The notes under the pieces are model-generated. The model did not search any database. It worked only from the letters and a program-made list of their open reading frames with translations, and was not told the origin of the DNA. From NCBI GenBank assembly GCA_040752415.1, contig JBFMGU010000030.1:1-56822 (forward strand): a stretch of DNA of 56,822 nucleotides, given 5' to 3'. The stretch is from Myxococcota bacterium (GTDB lineage Bacteria > Myxococcota > JACRCW01). Both the position numbers and the translations under genes were made by a program. Below are positions 56,717-56,822 of this stretch, piece by piece (the stretch's first letter is position 1; the number at the start of each line of letters is the position of its first letter).

Positions 56717-56822
56717 GGGCGCCGCTCACCCTCCCCACACCAGTTTCACGACAATCAACGCAACCCCCAACCCCACCCCCAGCGCCCCCACCAGCCCCAC
56801 GACACCACCACCTGACACCGAC

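Noticed and set aside
56740..56822. C/A-rich low-complexity tail
   Set aside because: No regular period; it sits at the window edge and may be low-quality sequence

Overview
A GC-rich (about 70% by eye) chromosomal segment, probably from a Myxococcota/Deltaproteobacteria-like bacterium; this is inferred from gene content (Cys-rich and Ser-linker lipoproteins, a tandem PilZ protein, a Ser/Thr kinase, sigma54 promoters). It holds about 52 CDS. Housekeeping and metabolic genes include a SMUG1-type UDG, rsmE, an M20 peptidase, rsgA, pgm, a CDF transporter, a PLD, a UbiA-family enzyme, a desaturase and an adenylate cyclase, mixed with many secreted repeat proteins. I saw no rRNA, tRNA, CRISPR array or transposase. 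Best leads: (1) a divergent locus at 19116-25703 with two tail-collar (MdpB-like) proteins, a Tat lipoprotein, a 1.2-kaa secreted protein with six 55-aa Cys/Asp/Asn-rich repeats, and an Asp/Asn beta-hydroxylase fused to an HExxH domain, which is a candidate surface-protein modification/assembly system; (2) an orphan RecT with a Myxococcus-type LexA-like box and no phage context; (3) a 445-bp nested palindrome with CTAA junctions; (4) REP-like and hexamer-armed dispersed palindromes; (5) a uORF plus structured leader before rsgA; (6) a sigma54 activator facing a YiaA/B gene with a near-consensus -24/-12 promoter; (7) a 57-aa ORF missing from the track. Family calls come from motif recognition, not database searches.
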